Positions 21,601 to 33,400 of a stretch of DNA of 64,000 bases are shown here, piece after piece. Under the pieces are notes generated by a model. That model ran no database searches, was not told the origin of the DNA, and worked only from the letters and a program-made list of their open reading frames with translations. A program made the position numbers and the translations under genes. The stretch is from Azolla caroliniana (lineage: Eukaryota; Plantae; Polypodiophyta): NCBI GenBank assembly GCA_043228905.1, contig JBHGNT010000004.1, forward strand, positions 3,100,001 to 3,164,000, read 5' to 3'. The first letter of the stretch is position 1. Each line of letters starts with the position of its first letter.

Positions 21601-23970
21601 AACCCAAACCTTGCGGGAGAAGTCATCAATTATAAGCATGAAGTAGCGTGCACCACCAAGAGTAGTGGTTTTCATGAGACCACAAAGATCCATGTGCACT
21701 AACTCCAAGATAGATGTTGCTCGGTGAGTGGCTTCATGAGGGAAAGGCTCTCGATGTTGCTTGCCATGAAGACAAGCAATACATGGGGTATTGGGAGATT
21801 TGAAAATAGGAAGACCCTCAACTAGTTGGGAGGAGGAGAGCTTTTGAAGAGAATCATAGTTGAGATGACCAAACCTAGCATGCCACAACGTGGGATCTTC
21901 TTGTGCCACCAAGGCATGAGAGCCTTGAAGAAGATGAAGAAGATGAGATTTGGAGTTTTCCAAGGGGCTATGGGAGCTTTTTAGGCGATATAAACCCCCT
22001 TCTTGTGTGCCACTAGCTACAATTTGTAGGCTGTTGGTGTCAATCACTTCCAAAACTGAGCTATCAAAGTAGACTCCATAACCTTGCATGGTGATTTTGT
22101 AAACCGAAAGTAGGTTGGTAGAGATGCGAGGCACATGTAGCACATCTTGAAGAACGACAGGTTCTTCACTTGAAGAATTGTCAAGAACCACATTACCCAC
22201 ACATGAAGCCTCAATGCTTGAGGCATCTCCTATAGAGATTTGGGAAGAGCTAGGCTTCACATCATGCAAAATGGATTTGTCATAGGTCATGTGTGAAGTG
22301 GCACCACTATCTACTAACCACTCATCGATGGTTGAAGTAGTTGGTCCAGCCAAATGTGAAGTATGTTCCTCAATGCCAAGGAAAACTGTTTCTTTGGCTG
22401 AGTGGGCCGAGTTGGATTTCGGTGTAGGTTGATTTCTGGTAGAAGAAGAGTTCTTAGCATTGTCCCTTTTCTTTTTCCGACAATCTGGCTGAATGTGACC
22501 TTTGTAGCCACAATAATGACAAGTGAGCTCCTTGTAAGCTGGGTTGTTTGGCGGTCTTGGATTGGGTTTGTTGTAGGAGTTACCATTTTGCTTCCACTTG
22601 CCTTTACTTGTCGCATGTAGAAGCGTCTCATTGGAAGTTTGAGCACTTTTCTTCCTTGTTGCCCTATCTTGTAGCATACCAAGAAATGTATTCATGTCAG
22701 GTGTGTTGGGAAGAAGAGAAATGGTGTCACAAAAGGCTGAGAATGACTCAGGCAACTTTATCATTAGACGATGCACAAACTCAACTTCAGTGGACTTGCT
22801 TCCCAAAGAAACTAGTTCCTTTTGGAGAGTGACAAATTCCGTTATTTGATCCATGATGTTGGGAGTGTCATGAATCTTGAGATTTGCTAGTTGGCTTTCA
22901 ATAGCTATCATTTGAGCATGATTAGCTCGATGATACCTCCTTTTGATGGCTGTCCATAGTTCATTGGCTGTCTCGTCATCTTTATCTTGAAATTGACGAG
23001 CAATGCTCGGTTTAATATTAAACATGAGGAAAGCATGAGCACGAGAATCCTTATCTAGCCAAGCTTCAATCTCAGCGTTAGATGAGCCAGCAACTGATTT
23101 GGTTGAAGAGGATGAAGTTACTGGTGGTTTCTTGTCACTACCATTGACTACATTCCATAAACAATGGTATTGTAGCAAGGTCTTTATTTGTAGCTCCCAA
23201 TCCAAGTAATTGTTCCCATCCAAGATGGATTCTTTGGGGAGTTGGGGAATGGTTGATGAAACAATGGTGGCATGTGAGGCCATGGATATCCTCCTCTTGA
23301 GCTACAGCTGGACAATTTACAGCAGTTGTAAGTAGATACTCAGGGTCTTTCTACTTCTCCCTAGATGCTAGGTGAGGCTCAGATAAGGGGAAAAGAAAAC
23401 AGAAGAGCCTCCTCTGTAGGGTTGGGAGGGAGGGATAAAAGAAGATAGGTCTGTGTGCTCTTTGGCAAAAAAAAATCAGGCTGAGGATATGGAGACCTCA
23501 CTGCTCTGATACCATGTGAGAAAAGCTGTTAATAGCAGCAGCGGAAGACTTAAAACAAAATAGGCACAGCCAAGCTGTGAGAAGGCTGTTAGACAGCAGT
23601 AGAAAAAATGGTTGCAAAGAGTAGAGACACAGCCAAGGAATAGAGCTTGTTTTAAGTAGCAAAAAAGAAAATGAAAACTTATACAAAAGAGGCTGGTATA
23701 GCCTATTTATACAAAATTGGGGAATGTGGGTGAAATGGCTGTTTGGTAGTTAAGTGACTCTTGTACTACCAAACAGGTACAAAAAACGAGGAATATCTTG
23801 GAAAAGGTAGAAGAGAGAAAAGGCATTTAAAGCATTGCAGATTCTAGAGAGAGAAGGCATTTAAAGAGTTGCAGATTCTAGAGAGAGAAGAATCTGAGAA
23901 AAGAGAGAATGTAGTACAAAGATAATAAATATGAAAGAGAGTGCAGGGCTGGAGCTGCCACCCTCCAACA
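18687..23970 (-). mobile_element. Full-length young Ty1/Copia retrotransposon (5284 bp; Copia C)
   Basis: LTRs 18687-19142 and 23515-23970, 456 bp each, TG..CA, one mismatch seen. Target duplication GCATG at 18682-18686 and 23971-23975. PBS TGGTATCAGAGC (tRNA-iMet) 23514-23503. PPT GAGAGGAGG abuts the 3' LTR. Confidence 0.98.
19150..23283 (-). CDS. Copia gag-pol polyprotein, uninterrupted, 1377 aa
   Basis: Zinc knuckle CHYCGYKGHIQPDC, protease DSGATSHM, integrase HARFGH/CIAC/HMDLCG/SDNGGEF/VERKNR, RT QMDVKSAFLNG and YVDD, RNase H DADWAG/TEAEY/TDSQSA/ADLFTK. Confidence 0.97.
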   Translation of the reverse strand: MASHATIVSSTIPQLPKESILDGNNYLDWELQIKTLLQYHCLWNVVNGSDKKPPVTSSSSTKSVAGSSNAEIEAWLDKDSRAHAFLMFNIKPSIARQFQDKDDETANELWTAIKRRYHRANHAQMIAIESQLANLKIHDTPNIMDQITEFVTLQKELVSLGSKSTEVEFVHRLMIKLPESFSAFCDTISLLPNTPDMNTFLGMLQDRATRKKSAQTSNETLLHATSKGKWKQNGNSYNKPNPRPPNNPAYKELTCHYCGYKGHIQPDCRKKKRDNAKNSSSTRNQPTPKSNSAHSAKETVFLGIEEHTSHLAGPTTSTIDEWLVDSGATSHMTYDKSILHDVKPSSSQISIGDASSIEASCVGNVVLDNSSSEEPVVLQDVLHVPRISTNLLSVYKITMQGYGVYFDSSVLEVIDTNSLQIVASGTQEGGLYRLKSSHSPLENSKSHLLHLLQGSHALVAQEDPTLWHARFGHLNYDSLQKLSSSQLVEGLPIFKSPNTPCIACLHGKQHREPFPHEATHRATSILELVHMDLCGLMKTTTLGGARYFMLIIDDFSRKVWVYFLVEKSQAFAKFQEWVALVENETSKKVRKIRSDNGGEFISKAFDHFCSQRGIARQFSTPNTPQQNGVVERKNRTVQEMAHTMLSQSDLPLSFWGEAVNTAVYIINCCPTKAVARMTPEEAFTGVKPSVSHFKVFGCDAYVHISDHKRTKFESKTKKCKFLGYSTQSKAYRLWDLESKSLVISRDVHFVESQPDDSRILPEFMVEIQAPPESPILDEDVSSSSLPSPPTQSLTSPTIQTSPSTPLVSTPSTNQLPPLPKWLQATIRDSHLSDAELHEYTSSSRTRKSQRPLHSCNFALLCTVVQSKEPTTAKEALVLPKWKAAMEVELDSIERNHTWELVPRPPHRQVIGLKWIFKTKYHADGTLDKHKARLVAKGYSQVEGVDYEETFAPTARYTSIRCALALAAHNKWAIFQMDVKSAFLNGDLKEEVYVEQPPGLEILEQKNMVYKLHKALYGLKQAPKAWHDKIDSFFLSLGFQNCNADSNLYVFSQDNLLCLIILYVDDLLITGSLASKIEEVRADLKTTFEMTDLGLLHYFIGMEVYQSHGGIFLSQHRYLRQLLETYSMTNCKPLSCPMDPNSKLSREDDSPIFEDITKYRRLLGSLLHLTYTRPDLSYSVSILSQFSTAPRQSHWQAAIRVLRYLANTLDYGLSFRGGIELVGYSDADWAGDIDSRRSTSGYCFMLGSGLISWKSKKQNSVSTSSTEAEYRAYLDTCCELLWLMQLFSHIGVLQTSPIAVFTDSQSARALAHSSAFHGRTKHIEVHYHFVRDLVKSQVINLAYCPTQENVADLFTKPLPRQAIDQLLDRLNVGLPFWS

Positions 23971-25559
23971 GCATGCTCTTGTTTCTCTCTAGTATAGTGG
24001 GATACTGTAATACAAGGTAAAACACTCAACAGAGCTAGCCAATGTCCTATTTAAGACAGCCATCATACAACATTACGACCATTACACCTGTCACAGAGCA
24101 AGATGGTGCTTTGATATTAGGACTGCACATTCTATGCATATTAAGAATATTCACACTGTGCTCCTCAATTTTTTTGTGCACCTCTCATTATCAAAATGAT
24201 TCTCTGTCAAATTTGGCTATTGGCCATCAATGAATGCTGATGAAATGCTAGTAAGAAGCCCTTTAAAGTATTATTTCTCTATCCAGGATTGAGAAGAGGT
24301 ATACATGCACTGATTGTTATATTGTACTTGTCTGAAGTGCCCAACTATATTGGACATATTAGGATATAGACATATGTTACGCATAAGAGACGATGCTTAA
24401 TGGGGACTGTGAATTCTCTTCAAATGTCATTAGGCTGTTCTAGATTTTCCTGAGATACAAATCTCTGCTCAAACTCTTGGCTGTTACAAGAGTTTCCAGT
24501 TTATATCTGAGGAACATGCATATAGCTTTGATAACAAGATTGTTAAAGTATTTTTTCTCTCATGGATTTTTCGTCTTACCTCAAAATAAACTGGTTTCTG
24601 TAATGAAAATTTTCCAGTCTACTGTTTGTCTTGTGCAGCTAAAAAGTCAAAGATGATAGGAATTTTGATTAGCATGCTAAAGACAAAAGAGACATCTGTA
24701 GTAGTATTTAATGACACTTTCAAAGATACATCACTAAGTGGATTGGATTCAGGTTCTGTTCGAGCACATCGATAGTTTCGTGCTGCGAAGATTCATGCAA
24801 ACTTATAGAAACTTATACATTCAACTGATCGTGGTCACTTGTAACAAACAAAATTTTGCCCCATTGGAGTTGTGCAAATTTTGTGGTCAAAATGAGATGA
24901 AAAGGCTTCTGTTACAATTTCCCTACTTCAGAGAGTTTTAAGAGTTTCACTTGAAACCTTTGGAGAGATGTAATTTTGGAGGGCATTCTGCATTAGCTTC
25001 CTTTACTCAAAAGAGTTTTGAGAAGAAACTAGGGTCATGTATCAGTCTTGTAAAAATTATAAAAGTGGAGATCCTCCTGAACCGTGTATGGTATTCTTCT
25101 GCTTCTGCTTCTCTTTCTTTATTAATCTTTTTATATTGTTTGGCGTTCACTTATTGTACACAAGTCTTTTTCTGTATTCCAGTAGAAGTGGCAATTCATG
25201 CTTGATTCATACTGGGAACTCAAAAACCATGTGCATGCACATGAAAAACTTGCATAGGTGTGTACAACCTTTGCCATAGCACTAGAGAATAAAAGTGTAG
25301 AGAGATTTGTTGCATGTCACAGTCAACTACATTTGCTTTGAGTACTGAGACATGCTTAATGCAAGATGTTTCAAGTGACTTGCAATAGACAGCTATGCTG
25401 CAAGTCTTTCAGAACAAGTTGGTAGATCAAAATTTGGCCTAACATTAGTGTGGGCTTGTTCTTGTAACCTGGGTAGTGGTTAAACACAGATTTATGATTA
25501 GGGGAGGCTACTAACCTAATCTGATCCTCAAACATCCAGCCTTAGTAGAAGATGCTCTA

Positions 25560-26350
25560 AATCTTACGCAACTCTTGATGCATGAGCTCATATTTATACT
25601 CCTATATGCTAATGATGTATTGGACAAATTTGTTCAAATCAGTGGGCAAACTATTAATATGGACAAAGCCAAAATGATAGCAATAAAGGTAATACAACCG
25701 AGACATTAGCCCATATTTACATACAAGGGAGAACTAATACAAGTGGTGCAAAGCTCTAAATATCTTGGCATTAATTTCCTATCGACAAATAGGTGGAATG
25801 AATGCTATATGTTCGAGAATCAATTCAACTAAAGTGATATTCAAGGATGGGAAGTGAGATTGATGTTATTCAATGCTATGGTTGTCCAAGTGTTGCTTTA
25901 TGGAGTGGAACCGTGGTGTGGCACTATCTCACTTATTGCATGGAATGAAATTGAGAAAATCCCCCCAAAAAAATCTTACATACGCAATTGGAGGTAAATT
26001 TGTCAACATCCCATTGTATCATGCTATTAGAAACAAGTGTTAGGTCTTCATGTACGAGCCATGCAAAGAGTATATGAGTGTATCACAAAAGTCAAGAATA
26101 TGCCTAATCATAGATTGCATGAAAAGTTTGGAACATAGGATGTAAAGGATAAAAGAATAATAAGAGCGGATGGTTTAAGAGATGGGAAGTAAAAGAGCTA
26201 TTTGAGCTCTTCAGCTCTTAGGTAATGCTATGAAGTATGTGATCATTGAGGATAGATTACTAGAGGCACTTTGATGAAGTGGCAAGGTGTGAAAATGTCA
26301 AAATTGGGAATATTGCATTGCAAATATTAACCCCCAGTGTATCCAATTGC
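25560..26350 (+). mobile_element. Degenerate non-LTR (RTE-like) RT C-terminal fragment
   Basis: ILLYANDV (decayed YADD), GQTINMDKAKMI, FTYKGELIQVVQSSKYLGINF, LFNAMVVQVLLYGVEPW, with many stops and frameshifts. Confidence 0.75.
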
Positions 26351-26560
26351 ATCTCACTATCCTCATGAGCCTTGACTCCCAAATAACCTTAATACTTCTT
26401 TGAACTCCCTCACAGAATCAAAATTGGGAATATTGCATTGCAAATATTAACCCCAAGTGTAAGTAAGAAAATGCCACAGAGTATCCAATTGCATCTCACT
26501 ATCCCCATGAGCCTTGACTCCCAAATAACCTTAATACTTCTTTGAACTCTCTCTCAGAAG
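26298..26560. repeat. ~120-140-bp direct duplication
   Basis: TCAAAATTGGGAATATTGCATTGCAAATATTAACCCC...CTTAATACTTCTTTGAACTC occurs twice; the second copy has a short extra segment. Confidence 0.85.
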
Positions 26561-27910
26561 TTAGGTGTTGAGGTAGCATTAGCATATAAGGTAATTCATG
26601 AGAAATATTGGGCCTTGTTAAATGGGCATGATAATGACAATGTCATACTCAAATTTCCATTGAGAAGTAGGAATAAGCAATGGCTCGACGCAAGCCTGAA
26701 CCAAGCCGTTAAATTGTTTTAAAACAGTTAGGTGGTTAGGTCTACCTTGGTTCAGGCCTGAGCTTCCTTAACTGGTTTAACCTCGGTTTGGGGTGGCTCA
26801 AGCCAAAACATTTCCCAAACCAATTAAGGCTTAATGTGTTTGGCTGATTCAAGTTTGAAAACACACAAACCAGTTAAGCTGAAACCGAACCGTTGTTGAT
26901 TCCTGTCGGCAAGAAGGGTGAGCAAATATGTGCAATGCATTATTTTCACATGGAGTTTTTACTACACAGTAGTAACCCCTCTTCTTATAGATGGAGTCAC
27001 ATTCAAGAAGATATGTTGGATTTGGTCCCACAGGTCAAATTTAGCCTCATCATGGACCATAAATTTTCAATTCTAGTCTATTCTCTCTAATTTTTCATAA
27101 CCAGAGACAAGGCAAATCTGCATATTGGGCTCAAACAAACATCCTTTCGTTGCACTTGTATTAATCTTGAAAATGGGAACTAACATCATCGTCTTCATTA
27201 CGTCCAAACTATTTTTTTTATGGATGGAGACAGATTTTGTAGTACTGATATGCAATCTGTGTGATTGATGAAGATTTTCCCAACCCTCTTACTATGGCTG
27301 CACCAAGAAGACGTGATTGATCCTCAACCATTGCTAATGCTCAGATTTTGACCTAATGTTGATTGATGACTCCAAATATACTCCGCAGGTTCTTCTGTTC
27401 GACATTAGATGTAACTTGAAACCAAGGATTTGACATGAAATGAATCGAAAGAGATTCTTCAAAAATACACTCGACAAGAAATGAATTCAACAAAGTATAG
27501 GCTTCTCAGAACTTATACTCAGGCAAAGAATGAATTCTAAAATGGTACACGTCAATGTCCCCAATTCAAACATTAGAAAGGTTTTAAGCTGAAAATGATG
27601 CGTATCAGTCACATGATGTCAAATCCACGCATGCTCACGATAAGTGAAGTGGCAAGCAACGTTTTGATGCATAGAGATTTTGATATCTCCACCAGTTTAT
27701 TCCTCAAACGAACCAGGTTCTGGTCCAAAGATTGTGAATGCTTCCAGAAGAAAGGGTTCATGTCTGATCCACGCAGATATAGTCTGTTGAGAACGCTGAC
27801 AATGTAATTGCTCTTATTATCAAATTCCAGTCCACAGATTGTGAGTGAAAGCATGAGAACAATGATAATGTGACAGTTATTACTATGAAGCATCTAGCAC
27901 TTCTTAACAC

Positions 27911-28150
27911 GCATTGACATTAGCCATTTGCTTATAAACGCCCCAATATAATCTGAAGCTTGACATTCGCCATTTGCTTATAAATGCCCCAATATAATCT
28001 GAAGCTTGAAACTCTCTACCACAAATTTGTATCTTTTTTTATATTTCCTAAAGCACGTGACATAATTTATAATTATGATTAATAGAAACATGCAACACGT
28101 TTCCTAGTGACATAATTTATAATTATGATTAATAGAAACATGCAACGCAT
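27911..28150. repeat. Two small tandem duplications (~47 bp and ~51 bp)
   Basis: TTGACATTMGCCATTTGCTTATAAAYGCCCCAATATAATCTGAAGC twice, then GTGACATAATTTATAATTATGATTAATAGAAACATGCAAC twice. Confidence 0.85.
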
Positions 28151-30402
28151 TTTAGGAAAGAACCGGCTTGAATTAGTTTGCTTTTCTTTAATAGCATTTA
28201 AAATCTTCCGTTTTCAAAAAAGTGATTTAGTGTACTGCACCTTGGGATAGCATGATTGACATCCGAAAACATTGGAAAACAGTTGTTAACGACAATCAGA
28301 GAATACTTTCTTCTGTGTAAACTTTAAAGCCAAAGATGGTAAACAAGCAAGGGTGGAATTACGAGACAAAGATGCATCTCCATCCATGTTTGAAAAAGTG
28401 ATTAATCCGCCACAATGTGTAACTCTCTTTATCGAGGCCAAACATTTGCCTCGTCGATGTATTAGTGTAAAGATTGATTGCATACTACGTTTGTGACTAA
28501 TCACACCTTTGTATATGGGTGCCATAGCTAAAACCATGCAAGTTTACTTCCGCACTAGAACAGTACCCCTCCTGACTCCTTAAGGAACGGCCATGATCAT
28601 CTTACAAGTTACAACTCGTCATAATTTTTAGTAAAGTGATCAAACAATATTTCTAAGATTCCATTATTTTGTAGATTTATTAGCTCACTCATCGGGTCAT
28701 ACAAAAACTTGAATACAGACAAAAGGTAATGGACGAGCATCGTCTCCTATATATAAGTAAATTGATGCCCATTACATCTAACCTGCCAAGGGCAACCTAG
28801 GAGGCTAATAATATAGAGAAGATACTTGCTTGGGCACTAGCTACAATACTTTTTGCTACCAAAATATACTTGCCAGTGAATCAAAACCTCTCATGTTATG
28901 GATCTTTTACTCTCATTCGCATCACCATGAGGAATGGTGAGCGCAGGGCTTCCAATGTTGCTTATAACATGATGGTATAAGCAAGAAAAAAAGTGCGAAA
29001 ATTTTCAATCCTTTTACGTTATGGTCAATATGATCAGAATCATACTCTACTCCAGCTATATTTGTTCTTCGCAAATAACTATGATGCCACCAATGCCACC
29101 TTTGATACCTCAACATTGCCTATGATGCCTGGCCATCGAGTCATCATCACTACCAAAGATGCAAGTAGAAGTGTTGTTTCCATCTTTGACACAAATTATA
29201 ATGTGCAAATGCATAAGTGAACTGATGAAATGGATGAAAAGCAAATGTAGAAGTAGATGAATAATTGTATCCGGGAGCAAACAAGGCCACTGATAAATCA
29301 GAGAGCAAAGTAATAAAAGGCCCTACCAAACAGGCACATATAGACCAGACAGCCACAGATGACCAATCAAAAGTAGTTGCAGAAGAATTAGCAAATCAAC
29401 ATCTACATACATTCATGAATAACCTTGTGGGTTCAACATTGGCACTCTTTAAATGCCGAGTGTCATCAAGTGTCATGGATACTTAGCTAAGTGAACCATA
29501 GTAACTAGCTAGGGCGAAACCTTAAATAACTGATTAATAGAAAAGTATAACGAATAATAGAAGATAGGGATATAAATAATTACTTGGTGATGGGGTTCAC
29601 AATTGTTCCATATTTTATTCATCCAGATGATACAGCCACCACCTCATGGATAGGCAGATCATCATAAGACGTTATCCATGCTCCTACTACATGCTGTATA
29701 CTTTCCCCCAAATTTGCCTTTAGGGATGCCTATGTCCAAAGACATTATCAATGTATTGGCACAACAATTCTAAGAATAAATGCAATGTGTGCACATATGC
29801 ATGTGAGAGAGAATACCGTTAAGCAAACAAATGCAACACAATTCATGGAATTGCACAAACCAATCACCATTTCCAATACATCTGCCTCAAGTAGGCAGAC
29901 TGCTCTGTGAGCATCCACCTATCACATATTGGAACAACAAAACTAGTTTCAGTCAAGCAAGAGACATCATTCAATGAGTCAACAGTTGAGGATATCAAAT
30001 GTGCTCAGATAAAGATAATGGTGAACGATCCAGGAGATGGATGGTTCAGTTCAATGGCCATGCTATGGTGGTGTATACAAGGAAAAGAGCAAAGCTTAGG
30101 GTTCAGGCAATCATAAAGAATCCATACCGCACATAAACACTTCATAATTGATGCTATACCAAATTGGTTCGTAAGACACCCTCTCTTCTTTTTCATAAAA
30201 GGCCTCATATATCACACAAGGCTAGAACGACGCAACAGTGTAATCAATAAATGTAATTCGGTGGTCCTATTAAAACATTGTAGAAATGGACAACAGTATT
30301 TGGGAAAACAGTGTATAATATTTCCTTGTTGATGCCATCATTAAATGAAAAACATAACAGAACAGTCAGTAAATATATCCTTGGACAAAATATTAGAGGC
30401 TT

Positions 30403-33400
30403 TTAAGCACTGGCTTCAACCATTTCTTGCTCCACTACAGGTTCAGAAACTTTGTAATACTTGTAATGAAGTTCAGAAACATCATCACCAGAGAGTTTCT
30501 TCCACCCTTCAGGTCCAACATAGTAAACTGTACAAATTATGTAGCAATATTAAGATTCATGTAATTTTCAACAGCAATTTGAGCTTTATAAATGATAGAT
30601 TTGTAAGAGTCTTACCACTTGCAACCCCTCCACTAGCACCATCTCGAAATGTTGCATGGTAGATTGCTCGTCGTGCAAGCTCAGCTGCTTCTTCAATCGA
30701 CATGTCCTCACGGTATCTAAGGCAACAAATCAATCGATTACATTATAAAGCAAACAGTGATTAACTTGGAAGCCATGTATCACTTCCTAAAAATGTTGTA
30801 ATTGGTCGGTTAACCTTTATTGTAGACTCAGATATGACCCGTTAAATATCCTAGCCCATAAGAATGATGTTCAAAGAAGAGATAGAACATCTTCAAATGA
30901 GGTCCAGGTGAGATACATCAAATGTTACACCTCTTTGTATCTGATGCAAGACTCTAGTCTTTATTATCATTATCGTACTCTCAAATTCTCATGTTAACTA
31001 CATAAGATAATTGCAAAGAATGCTAACTATCCCTAATTTATATGGGCACACCACATATTCTAACACCACAATGAAGTAGAGATTTCCTAGGAGTCCTAGG
31101 AGAATCTCTGTAAATGTCCACTAGGTTGTGCATTCATATGAAAGTGACCATTGATTGCTTTCCAGGGAGAGACGCATGAAATCATGTATTAAATTATAGG
31201 TTATAATGCAACCAAAGGCCTTTCAAAGAGATGAGTTTTTTCAAAAAACAAAGGATAGCATCTTACCCGCTATCCAGCACTCCATATGCATAAGGAGATC
31301 CAGATCCCACAGAGAACAAATTGCCACTTAATCTTCCCCCTTCGCTATCTACATAATACAACCCAGGACCCTGCAAGAAAACTGTCCTCATATCAACTGA
31401 GGAATATCCAAAGGGATTACGAAAACAAATAATCGCTCTTACAGTTTCATCCCATCCTGCAATCATGGTACCCATGGATAAACCCATTCCACGATAAGAA
31501 TATAGCGTATTTGCAAGAAGTTTTGATGCTCCAGCAACAGAAATTCTTCTCTTGTTGGCTAATTCATGAAGACGGCACTACAAATGGAAAGCTTAATGAG
31601 CACTTGGAACTGTTTTTCACATACAAATAGAATGAAGTCTAGGTAGTATAGTAGTACCTTAACACCAAGATTCCTTTGCCAAAATTGACAATCTGCTGCT
31701 CCTCCAGCCATTGTACCAAGCAAATAAGGATTGATTTCTAGTATCTTTTTTACAGATTGCGATGCTGTCAAACAATGGTAACAGTCACATCAGAATGTCA
31801 TTCTAACGTTCTATACACTGATTTCCAATATACCAGGAAAATACAGATTTATTGATTTCTTGCATATTTTTTACAGATTGCAATACTGTCATGGGGTATC
31901 AACAAACACAAATTAATGTCATCGTCACTTTTTATTGTACAGTTTGATACATTGAAAGCTATCAAATAATCTCAATTGTCAAATACGAATCTAGAAACTG
32001 CATGATATATTATAGTAGTCCTGAATCTACTTTTACCACAGAAAACACGTGTCAACTCATTGGCACAGTAGCCAGAGATTACTACATCACCAAACAATCC
32101 AAACACTGAAATATCTACATGAATCAAAATTTCTGATTTATATGAAAATATCCTAATACTGTGCCTGCTAGGCCCTTACTTCAGAAATATTGTTCTCGTT
32201 ATCACTGTTTTTACTGTACAATTTGCTGCAATTTTTGTTACTGAGTAAATTGCACATATCATAATTCCTAGATGTTGGCATGCTGCATTATATAAGAGGC
32301 TTTCAAGAGTTCTTGCGCCTCTGCTCAACATAGAAAAATTCGTTTCATACTAATGTAATGATGAAAGCTATCAAATAAGATGCTAGAACCTCCATCATGT
32401 GTGACAGTAATCCTGAATTGCCTGAATGGAGGAACTCATAACAATTTTACAACCACCAACTGCACACAACCCAGAATTTCTAATACCTTAGGAAACGACC
32501 CAAACCCTAGTATAACTGCATGAATCTGATTCATATGCAAAATATCCTAATACTGCACTACCAACGCTTACCTCACCCGTTATGGTACAATACTTGACAG
32601 TGAAGTATTTCCCTTTCTTGTCATTAGAATGTGAATTTCTTTTCAAACCTTTTCACCCTGATATCAGCGTTGGAAAAGTATTTGCTAAAAAATTTCTACA
32701 GCACTCCATGTAGCTAGACTCTGCCTATGTTCCTCTGAATCCTCTCCTTCAATGTTTTGCAGTAAAATCTTCAGTTAAGACATTTACTTTCTTTGTTTTG
32801 ATGGATCTCCTCTGAAGTCTAAGGTGTGGAAGGAAACTTACAGGAAGGTGGGGGATCACACAAGATGGGAGGGAAGTTATGAAACAAAAGAGGAAACAGA
32901 CTAAATGCTAAAATAGATAAGTTCATTCCTATAATAACAGTCTTATCACATTCTTTTATCTTCTAGCTTACTTTACAGAACAACCACTTAAAATTTATTA
33001 TTAATTACAAACCCATCATAGCATCAGGCAAATGAATAAGAGGGAATCAGCTTAAGACACTGCCGCTAAGATCAATAGGAAATAAGATCTTGCAATGTGG
33101 TTTCAGCGAGTAAGAGTTTTCCGAGTAATTAAGATTGAGTTAAGAAAGCAAGTGGACCTTATATTTTGATTGTGCAAACAAGCATTGTGGTGTTTCTTCA
33201 TTGTGTGTGGCCTTTTGATATAAGTGAGCCATGAGAGATTTATTGAATGTTGGTTGATTCAGGTTGTTTGGTTGGGGATAAATTTGAGCACTACTCAAAA
33301 AAACTACTTCAATTGCTGTAATGTTATTAATATAAGAAGTGACTCACAGATATAACCGCCCATGCTTGCACGAGAGTCACAGGCAACAATAATTCCATGC

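Noticed and set aside
26900-27900. Possible pseudogene on the minus strand
   Set aside because: Protein-like stretches but no motif I can assign, and many stops.
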